A program made the position numbers and the translations under genes. The notes below the pieces were generated by a model that made no database searches, was not told where the DNA came from, and saw only the letters and a program-made list of their open reading frames with translations. Below are positions 1 to 9,609 of a DNA stretch of 64,000 bases, piece after piece (within the stretch, counting starts at the first letter, position 1; every line of letters starts with the position of its first letter). This stretch comes from Blastocatellia bacterium (GTDB taxonomy: Bacteria; Acidobacteriota; Blastocatellia; UBA7656): positions 768,001 to 832,000 of the forward strand of contig CAVXWP010000007.1 of the NCBI GenBank assembly GCA_963765495.1, in the 5' to 3' direction.

Positions 1-1
1 G

Positions 2-907
2 TTTCATCCGGCGATAAGCGTGCTGGAAAAAACGGTGGCGCTCGATCCTAACTTTGCGCTGGCGTGGGCGCATCTTGGCAGGGCCTATAACGCCTACGCC
101 AGTTTCAATTTTGGCGGGCGAAACGAGTATCTGAAGGCGCAGGCGGCCTATGAGCAGGCGCTTACACTTGATGCCGAGCAGGAAGAGGCGATCATCTATA
201 TGGCCAACACCCTGACCGATACGAATCGGGTAGAGGAATCCACGGCCATGCTGAGACGTCTGGTTGAGACCTCTCCGAATCTGGCCGAGGCCAGATGGGA
301 GTTGGGTTACGCTTACAGGTTTGCGGGATTGCTGGAGGAATCCATAGCCGAATGCGAGCGCGCCCGCCTGCTTGACCCGGAAGTCAAGATGACCAGTTCG
401 GCCTTCAACAGCTATCTTTATACGGGACAGTACGAGAAATTCATACGGAGCCTGCCCACAAGAGACGATATTGCCTTTGTCATGTTTTATCGGGGATTTG
501 GGAACTTCTATTTGAATAACCGGGAACAGGCCGCTGCGGATTTTGACCGGGCCTATGATCTGAAACCCGATCTTTACACGCAGATAGGAAAGGCCCTCAG
601 CTATAACATAAAGGGCAGAAAAGCCGACGCGCTCGACCTGTTACACAATACCGAGCAGGGAATCGCGACAAGCGGCGTGGGCGATGCCGAGGCGATATAC
701 AAAGTGGCGCAAGGATATGCCGTTTTAGGAGATAAAGAATCGGCCCTTCGAGTCTTGAAACAGAGCATCGAGCAGGGCTTTTTTTGCTATTCGTATTTCA
801 TCAACGACCCCTTGCTTGAAAACCTTCGGAGCGCACCCGAATTCGCTTCGCTCATGGACCTGGCGCGCGCGCGGCACGAAGCGTTTCGGCGCAGGTTTTT
901 TGAATGA
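2..907 (+). CDS. TPR-repeat protein, C-terminal part (5'-truncated by the window); paralog of the downstream wHTH-TolB-like-TPR protein
   Basis: Frame is open from the window edge. TPR motifs (ALDPNFALAWAHLGRAY, SPNLAEARWELGYAY). C-terminus ARARHEAFRRRFFE nearly matches the next gene's ARARHEKFKRRFF. Confidence 0.85.
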   Translation, partial: FHPAISVLEKTVALDPNFALAWAHLGRAYNAYASFNFGGRNEYLKAQAAYEQALTLDAEQEEAIIYMANTLTDTNRVEESTAMLRRLVETSPNLAEARWELGYAYRFAGLLEESIAECERARLLDPEVKMTSSAFNSYLYTGQYEKFIRSLPTRDDIAFVMFYRGFGNFYLNNREQAAADFDRAYDLKPDLYTQIGKALSYNIKGRKADALDLLHNTEQGIATSGVGDAEAIYKVAQGYAVLGDKESALRVLKQSIEQGFFCYSYFINDPLLENLRSAPEFASLMDLARARHEAFRRRFFE

Positions 908-1194
908 TGAACTGATGTTATGTAGCTCCTCGATCCCTGAGGGTTCGAAGTAAGTTAGCCGGAGCGGGGGCCATCTTTGCGGGAGCCAGGGGCCGGGGGC
1001 CTGTGATCTGCGCCCCGGAGGGGCGCGGCCATTGCATAATCTCGGTGATGATTTCGCCTCGCACTACATACGAGCGTCTGTGGATAAAAATTAAAGACCG
1101 GAAGCAATCAGTTTACATCTATCCAAAATCGCTTATCTTGCCCCGCCCTGATCGGAAAAATCTTACGGCGACAGACTTAACGTAATGGCGTATT

Positions 1195-3159
1195 ATGAAA
1201 GCCGGAATGATCCGCCAACAGAAACATCTCTACACCTTCGGCCCCTTTACTCTGGATGAAGCTGAGCGCGTGCTGATGTGCGCCGACGAGCCTGTCGCGC
1301 TCACGCCAAAGGCCCTTGAGACGCTGCTCGTGCTCGTAAAGACTCCAGGCCAGGTCCACGAGAAAGAGGACCTGTTAAGCAGGATATGGCCCGATACCTT
1401 TGTCGAAGAAGCAAACCTCGCGGTGAATATCTCTACTCTCAGAAAAGTTCTGGGCGAGACGCCGGAGGGCAGCCAGTACATCGAGACCGTTCCCCGGCGA
1501 GGATATCGCTTTGCGGCCGAGGTGAAAAAATCAAGCGTCGAATCGAATGCCTCGCCCGCGCAGGCCGAAAAACCTGTCGGGCAGATCGAGGCCGACACCG
1601 TGCCGGACTCACTTGCTCCCGCTTTTGTCAAAGAGAGAATTGATTCCGGCGGGGAGGGTTTTTCGGCCCGGGGCGGGAATCGAAAACGGGTAGCGGCAGC
1701 AATCCTTGCGGCGCTGCTTTTGACGGCTGCTTTTGTCGCTTACCTGAGTTCATCAAAGACAAAGGTGCGCGACCCTTCTCAACCGAGACGACTTGCCGTC
1801 CTGCCGTTTCAAAATCAGAGACCGGATGCCGATACCGATTTTCTCGGCCTCGCTCTGGCCGATACGATAATAACGAAACTCGGCTATGTAGGCTCGCTCG
1901 TCGTCCGCCCCTCATCTTATGTGCAGAAATACGCCAACAAGGATGTCGATCCGGTTGAGACGGCAAAAGAACTGGATGTGGACACGCTGTTGATGGGGAC
2001 CTATTTCAAGGATGGGCCCGATTTGAGAATCACCCCGCAACTCATAGATGTTACGACCGGCGATCAACTGTGGGGCGACACCATAGATGTCAAATATGAG
2101 AACCTGCTCTCATTGCAAGACATCGTAGCGCGGCAGGTAATCAAGGGGCTGGACCTTAAGCTCACGCCCGACGAAGACGAACAACTCGCTCTCGATCATC
2201 CACAGAACCCGCAGGCGTATGAATCCTATTTGATGGGGCGTTATCTGCTGTCAACGCAGAAGCACAAGACGGCCATAGAGATGCTGCAAAAATCGGTTGA
2301 GCTTGATCCCGGTTATTATCTTGCGTGGGCTTATCTCGGCCGCGCCTATAGCATCAGCGCCCTGCAATATTTCGGCGGTCGGGAGGATTATCTGAAAGCG
2401 CAGGCCGATTACGAGCAATCCTTGGATATAAATCCCGGTCAGATCGAAACGCGTGTCTTTATGGCTATTCTTTACACCGAAACCGGGCACGTCGAAGAAG
2501 CCGTCGCAATGCTCAGAGAAGTGGTCAAGAAGAACCCCAATATCGCGGCGGTTCACTGGCAGTTGAGCTATGCTTATCGCTACAGCGGGATGCTCAAAGA
2601 GTCTATAGAAGAAGGCAGGCTCGCTCGCTCGCTCGACCCCGGGCTCACATCTCATCAATTCAACAGCTATTTTTACGCGGGCGATTATGATGGATTTCTA
2701 AACAGCCTGCCGACAAGAGAAGATGATTACGTTCTTTTCTACAGAGGGCTGGGATATTACTACAAGAGAGACAAAATACACGCGGCGGCGGCCTTTGATC
2801 GCGCATACGAGTTGAATCGGTCAACGGTAATAACTCGGATAGGCAGGGCGTTCAGCCTCTCAATTGCAGGCGACAACCGCAAGGGAAGCGAATTGCTGAA
2901 AGCCACCGAGGCCGAACTTGAACGAGGCGGAGTGGCTGATGGAGAAATCACTTACAAGGTGGCGCAAGGGTATGCCGCGCTGGGTGACAATGCTTCGGCT
3001 GTTCGCGCCCTGCGCCGCAGCGTCGAGGAAGGATTTTTTTGCTATCCGTATCTTGTCAGCGATCCCCTGACCGAAAACCTGCGCGGCCTGCCGGAATACG
3101 CCGCCACGATAGAGATTGCCCGCGCCCGACACGAGAAATTCAAGCGCAGATTCTTTTGA
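1195..3159 (+). CDS. CadC/OmpR-type winged-helix membrane-anchored regulator with TolB-like domain and TPR repeats
   Basis: N-terminal trans_reg_C motifs (YTFGPFTLD, LTPKALETL, WPDTFVEEANLAVNISTLRKVLG, IETVPRRGYRF), one TM helix, RLAVLPFQN TolB-like motif, several TPRs. Confidence 0.88.
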   Translation: MKAGMIRQQKHLYTFGPFTLDEAERVLMCADEPVALTPKALETLLVLVKTPGQVHEKEDLLSRIWPDTFVEEANLAVNISTLRKVLGETPEGSQYIETVPRRGYRFAAEVKKSSVESNASPAQAEKPVGQIEADTVPDSLAPAFVKERIDSGGEGFSARGGNRKRVAAAILAALLLTAAFVAYLSSSKTKVRDPSQPRRLAVLPFQNQRPDADTDFLGLALADTIITKLGYVGSLVVRPSSYVQKYANKDVDPVETAKELDVDTLLMGTYFKDGPDLRITPQLIDVTTGDQLWGDTIDVKYENLLSLQDIVARQVIKGLDLKLTPDEDEQLALDHPQNPQAYESYLMGRYLLSTQKHKTAIEMLQKSVELDPGYYLAWAYLGRAYSISALQYFGGREDYLKAQADYEQSLDINPGQIETRVFMAILYTETGHVEEAVAMLREVVKKNPNIAAVHWQLSYAYRYSGMLKESIEEGRLARSLDPGLTSHQFNSYFYAGDYDGFLNSLPTREDDYVLFYRGLGYYYKRDKIHAAAAFDRAYELNRSTVITRIGRAFSLSIAGDNRKGSELLKATEAELERGGVADGEITYKVAQGYAALGDNASAVRALRRSVEEGFFCYPYLVSDPLTENLRGLPEYAATIEIARARHEKFKRRFF

Positions 3160-3424
3160 GACAACCGGCGGCCCGGATACCGGATCATCCAGAATCGGAT
3201 TGAATTTGGAGGGATTGGCGTATAAACCGCCAATCCTCCTTAAATCTGCCCTGCAATCAAATGGAATATGGTCTGACACTCAAGGACAGGCGCAGGTGTT
3301 ATTGCCCGTGTCCGAGTCCTTTATTTTGAAGATTGCAGACTTCTCCTGCGACTGTATTTGAAGGATCGCGCTCCCTTTTTGCTTGCAGCTATTGAAAGTG
3401 GCTGAAACTCTTACTCCGTTTGAG

Positions 3425-3964
3425 TCAGCCTCCGATAATAAACTCGGCTATATCTCCGGCAGAGATAAGCCCGCGCGTGTAAACCGGGCAGGTCTTTTCG
3501 CTGTACTGGCTTTCAAACAACTCGTCGCATAGATGATCTATGTCGCGCTGGAACTCTTCATCGGTAGAGCGAAACCCGTCAGCAGTCAGAGGGTGGGTGA
3601 TCGGGAGGCGAACGAGCAGGTCATAGCTTTTCATCCACGAGCGACAGAATAAACCGAGCGATTCCGGCTCTTCTCCGGTTGCGCCAAAAAGCCTGATGTA
3701 ATAGGCGTAATTGTCCAGCACCGAGCGATCACATACCAGAACGTCTGCGCGCGGCGATTTTTCTATCTCCAATTGAATTTGCCGCGTGATTATCCAGATG
3801 AATGCCTCGCGCGTGGCCCTCTCGTTTAGCGGGAAAGGACACTCGCGGGCGATCTCCGTCAGCAACTCAACTGTTTTACCCCTGCGCTTGAGCGCCCCGG
3901 CAAGCTCGTATGCTATGGTCGTTTTGTTTACTCCGTGCGTCCCGACAAGGGCCAGCTTTAACAA
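3425..3964 (-). CDS. NadR/AAA_28-type P-loop ATPase/kinase
   Basis: Walker-A-like GTHGVNKTT, CDRSVLD motif, DGFRS motif; TTG start with GAGGAGG SD. Confidence 0.75.
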   Translation of the reverse strand: MLKLALVGTHGVNKTTIAYELAGALKRRGKTVELLTEIARECPFPLNERATREAFIWIITRQIQLEIEKSPRADVLVCDRSVLDNYAYYIRLFGATGEEPESLGLFCRSWMKSYDLLVRLPITHPLTADGFRSTDEEFQRDIDHLCDELFESQYSEKTCPVYTRGLISAGDIAEFIIGG

Positions 3965-4098
3965 ATCTCTTCCTCCTCTACACCTGGCGGCTAAGACCAG
4001 CTAAAAGTTGTAACGCGATTTCTGGGAATGCGCTACCTCTTGATGTTGATTTTGCCGACGGAGTAGTATGCCACAACAACAGAGATCGGAGATCGGAA

Positions 4099-4983
4099 AT
4101 GATCGAGCGTGAAGAGGGGGTTCGGGTGGTCGCCAACCGCCCTGACAGTTCACAAGAAAACGGGCGCACGGGCATAGTTCTGTCGGCTGGGTATTTCGGT
4201 TTTTTTGCCCACGCGGGTTTCATGCTTGCAATCGAAGAACTCGGATTGGATTACGCGGCGATTGCCGGTTCGAGCGCGGGAGCGATAGTGGCGGCGCTTC
4301 ACGCCTCCGGGGTCCCGGCTTCGGAGATTATAGACCATCTGCTTTCGGTGCGAAGAGAGGATTTCTGGGACAGCACAGGGTTTGGCGGCATCTTGCGAGC
4401 GCTCATCAGGCGCGGGCGCGGGTGGACAGGTTTGCTCAGAGGCGATCTGTTTGAAGAGATGATAAGAGACCGGCTCCGCGCGCAAACATTCGAAGCGTGC
4501 CCTCGCTCGCTTTACCTCACTGCCTTTAATCTGACCACGGGGCAGGACGAGACTTTTCATTCCGGCACAATCGCAGACAAGGTGCGCGCCTCTTGCAGCT
4601 ACCCTTTCCTGATGTCGCCCAAAAAGATAAACGGCTCCGATTACTGGGACGGTGGCTTTCTGGCCAAGATACCTGTCGAGGCGCTCGTGGAGGCGGAACG
4701 ACCCGAGCGGTTGCTGATTCATTATCTGCCCACACAGAAAGAAACAAAGAGTTTTGCCGAGCGCAAATGGTCGGCTGTCGGATTGCTTGAGACGGCCCTG
4801 ATTGCAGCGCGCAGCGAAATAGAAACCCATCGCCTTGAGCGCCTGAGCGCGTTCAAGGATATAATCATCTGGGTAGAGCCGGTGGTTCCACGGGCCGGGC
4901 CAAACGATTTGTCGGCTGGCCGCGCAGCGGTCGAGGCGGCTTATCATCACGCGCTCGATACTCTTTCACATCTGAAAGTCTGA
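4099..4983 (+). CDS. Patatin-like phospholipase
   Basis: GSSAG nucleophile elbow and WDGG catalytic Asp motif; start placed at ATG 4099 (GGAG upstream) rather than 3910. Confidence 0.85.
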   Translation: MIEREEGVRVVANRPDSSQENGRTGIVLSAGYFGFFAHAGFMLAIEELGLDYAAIAGSSAGAIVAALHASGVPASEIIDHLLSVRREDFWDSTGFGGILRALIRRGRGWTGLLRGDLFEEMIRDRLRAQTFEACPRSLYLTAFNLTTGQDETFHSGTIADKVRASCSYPFLMSPKKINGSDYWDGGFLAKIPVEALVEAERPERLLIHYLPTQKETKSFAERKWSAVGLLETALIAARSEIETHRLERLSAFKDIIIWVEPVVPRAGPNDLSAGRAAVEAAYHHALDTLSHLKV

Positions 4984-5102
4984 TGCGTTCAATGATGCGT
5001 GATTCGTGATACGTGATTTGACAGGACGGTAACCTGGCTTAAACAGACCTCCTGTCTGATATTCACTCGTCACTCTTCACGCATCACTATCCACGCATCA
5101 CG
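4981..5102. repeat. Heptamer-arm inverted element (TGATGCG / TCACGCA family)
   Basis: Left arm TGATGCG-TGATTCG-TGATACG, right arm TCACTCG/TCACGCA repeats; begins at the patatin TGA stop. Confidence 0.8.
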
Positions 5103-5143
5103 TTTGGAAGCCACTGTCGCGGATGGGGTCAAAAATTTCTACC

Positions 5144-5173
5144 TTGTGAAACGCTGTCGCGGCTGGTTATAAT
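5144..5173 (+). promoter_or_regulatory. Possible sigma-70 promoter for the NHL gene
   Basis: TTGTGA-N18-TATAAT, about 260 nt upstream of the ATG. Confidence 0.4.
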
Positions 5174-5432
5174 TTCCAGTCGCCGTCTCTCAGGGCGTAA
5201 TAGATGAAGAGGGAGGGGCTTGCGGGTCCTGCCTGAAGGTCTTAATAGATTTAAAATTGCAAGGTTTTGGCTCATGACTCTTCCATGTCATGAAACAATT
5301 TACGAACAGGTGGGGTAGTACGGGTTTCAGCTGGCAGCTTATGACTCAGTGGAGCAATGAATCGAATAAATGCGCGCGGAATGCTCCGAGCCGGTCCGGG
5401 TTGCGGCTATGCAGTTAAGGAGAAATCAGAAA

Positions 5433-7688
5433 ATGAGGAAACTGGTCGCATATCTATTGACAGTGAGCCTGGCTTTATTTGGATCATTCCTGCTCGCTAC
5501 ATCGAATCAAACGAGCGTTCACGCGCAGGAGGCTGCGCCCGAACTCAACCGGATAGGGCCTGACACCATTGCCGCAGGCAGCCCTACATTTACCATCCGC
5601 CTCAAGGGAGCCAACTTCGCGGATGGAGCAACTGTACTGCTCGACGACGCGGCGCTTGACTCGTCGCGCACTTCGTCCAAGGGCAAGGTGCTTCTTGCCG
5701 ATATTGATGAGTCGGTAATTGCAAACCCCGGAACTCATACGATACAGGCGGTCAACCCTGATGGTATGCGCTCGGCAACTCTTACGCTTACAGTGGTTGA
5801 GCCGGACCCCGATATCGAATTTCAGCTCGAAGGCAACGCTGCCGAAGAAGACCTTGGCTTTGGTCTGGTAGTAGGGGCGAAGGGCGATGGTTTCAATGAG
5901 AATACGGCCGTCTTGATCTACGGCTCGGAATCCCCGAATATCGCCATAAACTCAAAAAACAGTCTCGATTTCGAGTTTTCGGGCGATTTTCTAAAAGACC
6001 CCGCTCGTGTTCCCGTAATGGCGCGCAATCGGGGCGGACGATATTCAAAAGCCGATATTTTCTTTGTCGTTCCGGCTCCGGCCATATTGCGTGTAATAGA
6101 CCCGGATTCGGTTGAGGTGGGAACCGAGGATTTCGACCTCACGATACGCGGCGATAATTTCAAAGACAATGCCCAGATTGTAATCAACGGCGAAGTGATC
6201 CCCACAACTACGCAGAAGGCAGGACGGCTCGAAGCAATTGTTCCGGGCCGGTTCAGAGAGCAACCCGGCGAATTGATTGTCCGCATTGTACAGGACGGCG
6301 TTCAATCCAGAGATGCGATTCTGCTTGTGGCTCCGACTAACGATCCTTTTATTACTTCGCTTGCTCCCGCGGTAATCCGTCAGGGAGAGAAGAAACCCAG
6401 GGTCAACATTACAGGCGCAAACTTCGGCAATAAGGTCACCGTTCTGCTTGATGGAGAGGAGGCCAACGTCAAACAATCCACGCGTAGAACGCTGGTCGTC
6501 GCCGTAGACCCTGTTGTGAATGACGTTGGTGTTCACACTCTACAGGTCATAGACGAGAACGGAGTGGTATCGGAAATCGTCTCATTCAGGGTCGTAGCTG
6601 ATGTAGCGGTAACTACGCTTGCCGGGGCCAAACGCGATGGCTTCAATAACGGCGAAACCTGCGTAACCACCGAAGAGGCGCTCTTTAGGCGACCGAGGCG
6701 GCTGGCCTTTGGCCCGGACGGGTTGCTCTATGTTACGGATCAACAAAATCACGCTATTCGAACCATAGACTTCAACGCCGATCAGGTCTGCACGCTCGTG
6801 GGGACCGGCTTTCCCGGTTACAGCGACTCGAATAATACGGCCGGGTTCGAACCGTCACTTTCCTATCCCAACGGAGTGGTGGTCGCAGACGACGGCACTG
6901 TATATGTCAGCGAGAACGGCAACAACGTGATACGCCGCATCCGCAGAAACGGCGACGACACCGTTACGGTCGATACATTCGCGGGCGAAAATCAGGATGT
7001 GACTCAAAAGGATCGGCAGAAGGAACTCAACGCAACGCTTAAGGGTGTCAGCGGATTCCGCGACGGCGACCCGCTGGATGCGGCGTTCCGCAAACCCGAT
7101 GATATGGTGATCGCCCCCGACGGATCATTGTATGTGGCTGACTCGCTAAACCACGCGATAAGAAGAATAAGTCTCCAGGGCAATAACACCGTAGTCGAAA
7201 CCATAGCCGGTAACGGCGTCCCCGGCTTTGCCGACGGAGTGGGCACAGCCGCGCGACTCAATACGCCGACGGGGCTTGCGCTCTCGCTTGACGGGACTCG
7301 ATTGTTCGTAGCCGATACGGGCAACCGCCGCATCCGAGCCATAGACCTGGTAAACGGCAATGTCTCTACCTTTGCCGGAAGCGGCAATAACGGAGGCGAT
7401 AACGGCTCTCCGGGGCAGGCCACGTTCCAGGACCCCATAGGTATTGCGGTCGACTCGGATGGAACTCTTTATGTCAGTGAATTCAGCGCCAATCGCATAC
7501 GCCGGATTGATCCGCAGGGCAATGTAAGCTCTCTTGCGGGGACCGGCAAATCGAAGAAACTCAAAGATGGAGCCGGTTCAAAGGCCACCTTCAACGGGCC
7601 GAGAGGTCTAGCCATAGATCGGGCAAACGGCATACTGTATGTCGCCGATTACGAGAACTTTCGCATTCGAGCAATAACGCTGCGATAA
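5433..7688 (+). CDS. Secreted IPT/TIG-repeat + NHL-repeat (beta-propeller) protein
   Basis: Signal peptide MRKLVAYLLTVSLALF with AAGGAG SD; several IPT-like units (ITSLAP..., GANF/GDNF); repeated NHL motifs (F..P.GLA...LYVAD..N..IR.I). Confidence 0.85.
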   Translation: MRKLVAYLLTVSLALFGSFLLATSNQTSVHAQEAAPELNRIGPDTIAAGSPTFTIRLKGANFADGATVLLDDAALDSSRTSSKGKVLLADIDESVIANPGTHTIQAVNPDGMRSATLTLTVVEPDPDIEFQLEGNAAEEDLGFGLVVGAKGDGFNENTAVLIYGSESPNIAINSKNSLDFEFSGDFLKDPARVPVMARNRGGRYSKADIFFVVPAPAILRVIDPDSVEVGTEDFDLTIRGDNFKDNAQIVINGEVIPTTTQKAGRLEAIVPGRFREQPGELIVRIVQDGVQSRDAILLVAPTNDPFITSLAPAVIRQGEKKPRVNITGANFGNKVTVLLDGEEANVKQSTRRTLVVAVDPVVNDVGVHTLQVIDENGVVSEIVSFRVVADVAVTTLAGAKRDGFNNGETCVTTEEALFRRPRRLAFGPDGLLYVTDQQNHAIRTIDFNADQVCTLVGTGFPGYSDSNNTAGFEPSLSYPNGVVVADDGTVYVSENGNNVIRRIRRNGDDTVTVDTFAGENQDVTQKDRQKELNATLKGVSGFRDGDPLDAAFRKPDDMVIAPDGSLYVADSLNHAIRRISLQGNNTVVETIAGNGVPGFADGVGTAARLNTPTGLALSLDGTRLFVADTGNRRIRAIDLVNGNVSTFAGSGNNGGDNGSPGQATFQDPIGIAVDSDGTLYVSEFSANRIRRIDPQGNVSSLAGTGKSKKLKDGAGSKATFNGPRGLAIDRANGILYVADYENFRIRAITLR

Positions 7689-7712
7689 TGAGTGGTTGGG
7701 AAGATAAGCTTT

Positions 7713-7748
7713 ATGGGCCGGGCTTTGTGCGCGGCCCATTCTCTTTCT
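7713..7748. terminator. Hairpin between convergent NHL and infA genes (probable terminator)
   Basis: ATGGGCCG...CGGCCCAT stem followed by a T-rich tract. Confidence 0.6.
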
Positions 7749-7790
7749 GGAGGTCCGTTTGTAGCGTCGAGTCGGTACTTTGAAACTCTG

Positions 7791-8012
7791 TTAGCTGCGA
7801 TGCCGATAGGTAATGCGCCCCTTGGTCAGGTCGTAAGGTGATAATTCCACAGTAACCCTGTCACCCGCCAGGACCTTGATGAAGTTTTTTCGCATCTTGC
7901 CCGATAGATGCGCCAGTATCTCGTGACCTTCGCCTATCTGCACTCGAAACGTGGCGTTTGGAAGAGACTCGACCACGACGCCTTCAACGGGGATCATATC
8001 GTCTTTCGGAAT
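7791..8012 (-). CDS. infA: Translation initiation factor IF-1
   Basis: Canonical IF-1 sequence ([16 protein letters not shown]...[37 protein letters not shown]). Start tentatively ATT at 8012 (MPKDDMI...); alternative ATG at 7997. Confidence 0.95.
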   Translation of the reverse strand: MPKDDMIPVEGVVVESLPNATFRVQIGEGHEILAHLSGKMRKNFIKVLAGDRVTVELSPYDLTKGRITYRHRS

Positions 8013-8387
8013 AGTAACACCCCCTTCTATTAATGGACTTTCTTAGATGACCTCAGGCCATCCGTGCGCCATGTCCTAAAGAATAGCGCAACACTTTAAT
8101 GGAGTCTATCGGCGAAGCCCAGAACTGAGCAATTGGCTGCCAGGTGGTAAGCCGTCTCGCCCTCAAGGCTATTCAGTTTTTGACCTGTGAACATCCGGCG
8201 TCAGTTGCATTAAAGGTTAATTTGAAGGAGAGGTAGGTTGAAACAGGTCGGGACGGACGCGATGAAATACCGTCACGCGGCTCCCCTTTTCAACAAGGGA
8301 TTTAACCACGCGCGGGCCTATAAACTGCGTGCCCCCTAGGATCAAATTCTGCAAGAGTTGCTCCCCCTCAATGCACGAGAAAACTTT

Positions 8388-8470
8388 GACAGGATCAACA
8401 AGATTAACAGGATTTACCGAGAACTCCGCTGAATTTTTTATAATTCTGCAAGCCCCGTCAAAAAATTCTG
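8388..8470. repeat. Degenerate 9-mer (ACAGGATTA-like) inverted repeat element
   Basis: TTGACAGGATCAACAAGATTAACAGGATTT with a weak inverted partner (AATTCTG...CCCGTCAA). Confidence 0.45.
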
Positions 8471-8497
8471 ACCCTAACTATAATAATACAAAATAAA

Positions 8498-8527
8498 TTT
8501 GACATTAATAGACTCATATTTTATGAT
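8498..8527 (+). promoter_or_regulatory. Sigma-70 promoter of the dnaJ-clpB unit with overlapping HAIR-like (HspR) inverted repeat
   Basis: TTGACA-N17-TATGAT; TTTGACA-N7-ACTCATA resembles the HAIR consensus CTTGAGT-N7-ACTCAAG. Confidence 0.65.
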
Positions 8528-8589
8528 CTTAGTGTTGCAGATTTCGTGGTAAGGAAAGAAATTCGGAAATTAGAGCGGAAATAGCCTTA

Positions 8590-9609
8590 ATGCCGGTCAA
8601 GTATAAAGATTATTACGAGATTCTGGGTGTCAAGCGCGAGGCGACTGAGGATCAGGTCAGGCAGGCTTTTCGGAGGCTTGCGCGCAAGTATCACCCGGAT
8701 GTGAATCCGGGCAATAACGCCGCCGAGGAGAAATTCAAAGAGATAAACGAAGCTTATGAGGTGCTTTCGGATGCGGATAAGCGCAGGCGATTTGACCGGC
8801 TCGGGGCGGATTGGAAGAACGGGGCGGATTTTACGCCTCCGCCCGGCTGGAGCCACATCAACATAGATTTTAACGGACGGAGCGAGCCTGCAAGCGGCGG
8901 CATCTTCAGCGATTTTTTTGAGTCACTTTTTGGAGGCGGTCGTCAGTCGCGGCAGGGCGAGGATCGAAGGTCAGGTAGAAACAAAGGGCAGGATGTTGAA
9001 ACAGAGATGGCAATCTCGCTTGAGGAGGCCCACCGGGGAGGGATTCACAGGATTACGCTTCAAGGGGGGCGGGCCTGTAGCGCGTGCAAAGGCACGGGGA
9101 ATGCAAACGGAGTAGTCTGTCCGGATTGTCGGGGTGCGGGACACGTATTGCGCCCCAAGACGATAGACGTAAACATCCCGCCGGGGGCGCGCGAAGGGGC
9201 TGTTATAAAAGTCCCCAGACAGGGGCATCGCGGTCCTACCGGGGGCGCGTCCGGTGATTTATACATAAAGCTGAGGATCAATCCTCACTCTGTTTTCACC
9301 GTGTCTGGTGACGACATCACCGCCGAAATCCCTGTCGCGCCCTGGGAGGCGGTGCTTGGAAGCCGTATAGAAGTCCCCACTATCGAGGGGAAAATAGAGA
9401 TGAAGATACCGGCAGGGTCGCAAGGCGGGCAACGGATGCGGCTCAGAGGACAGGGATTGAACAGGCGCGTGGGAGGGCGCGGCGATCAATACGTAAAGCT
9501 CAGGATCATAGTGCCCACAAGCCCTACGGAAAAAGAGAAACGTCTCTTTCAAGAGATGGCGGAAACGACTCGTTTCAATCCGCGCAGTGGGTGGAGGGGT
9601 GACACGTGA
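8590..9609 (+). CDS. DnaJ/CbpA-family J-domain co-chaperone with a two-motif zinc finger
   Basis: YKDYYEILGV...YHPDVN J-domain, FSDFFESLFGG, two CxxCxGxG motifs, DnaJ C-terminal domain (APWEAVLG...VPT). Confidence 0.92.
   Translation: MPVKYKDYYEILGVKREATEDQVRQAFRRLARKYHPDVNPGNNAAEEKFKEINEAYEVLSDADKRRRFDRLGADWKNGADFTPPPGWSHINIDFNGRSEPASGGIFSDFFESLFGGGRQSRQGEDRRSGRNKGQDVETEMAISLEEAHRGGIHRITLQGGRACSACKGTGNANGVVCPDCRGAGHVLRPKTIDVNIPPGAREGAVIKVPRQGHRGPTGGASGDLYIKLRINPHSVFTVSGDDITAEIPVAPWEAVLGSRIEVPTIEGKIEMKIPAGSQGGQRMRLRGQGLNRRVGGRGDQYVKLRIIVPTSPTEKEKRLFQEMAETTRFNPRSGWRGDT

Noticed and set aside
960-1003. GGGGCC-rich half element after the first TPR gene
   Set aside because: Degenerate and lacks a clear inverted arm; possibly a relic, not counted.
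3910-4983. CBASS-type defence locus suggested by the patatin
   Set aside because: No CD-NTase or other defence genes nearby.
8238-8339. 33-aa TTG ORF with SD-like AAGGAGAGG between infA and dnaJ
   Set aside because: Short, no recognisable motif; cannot be supported without conservation data.
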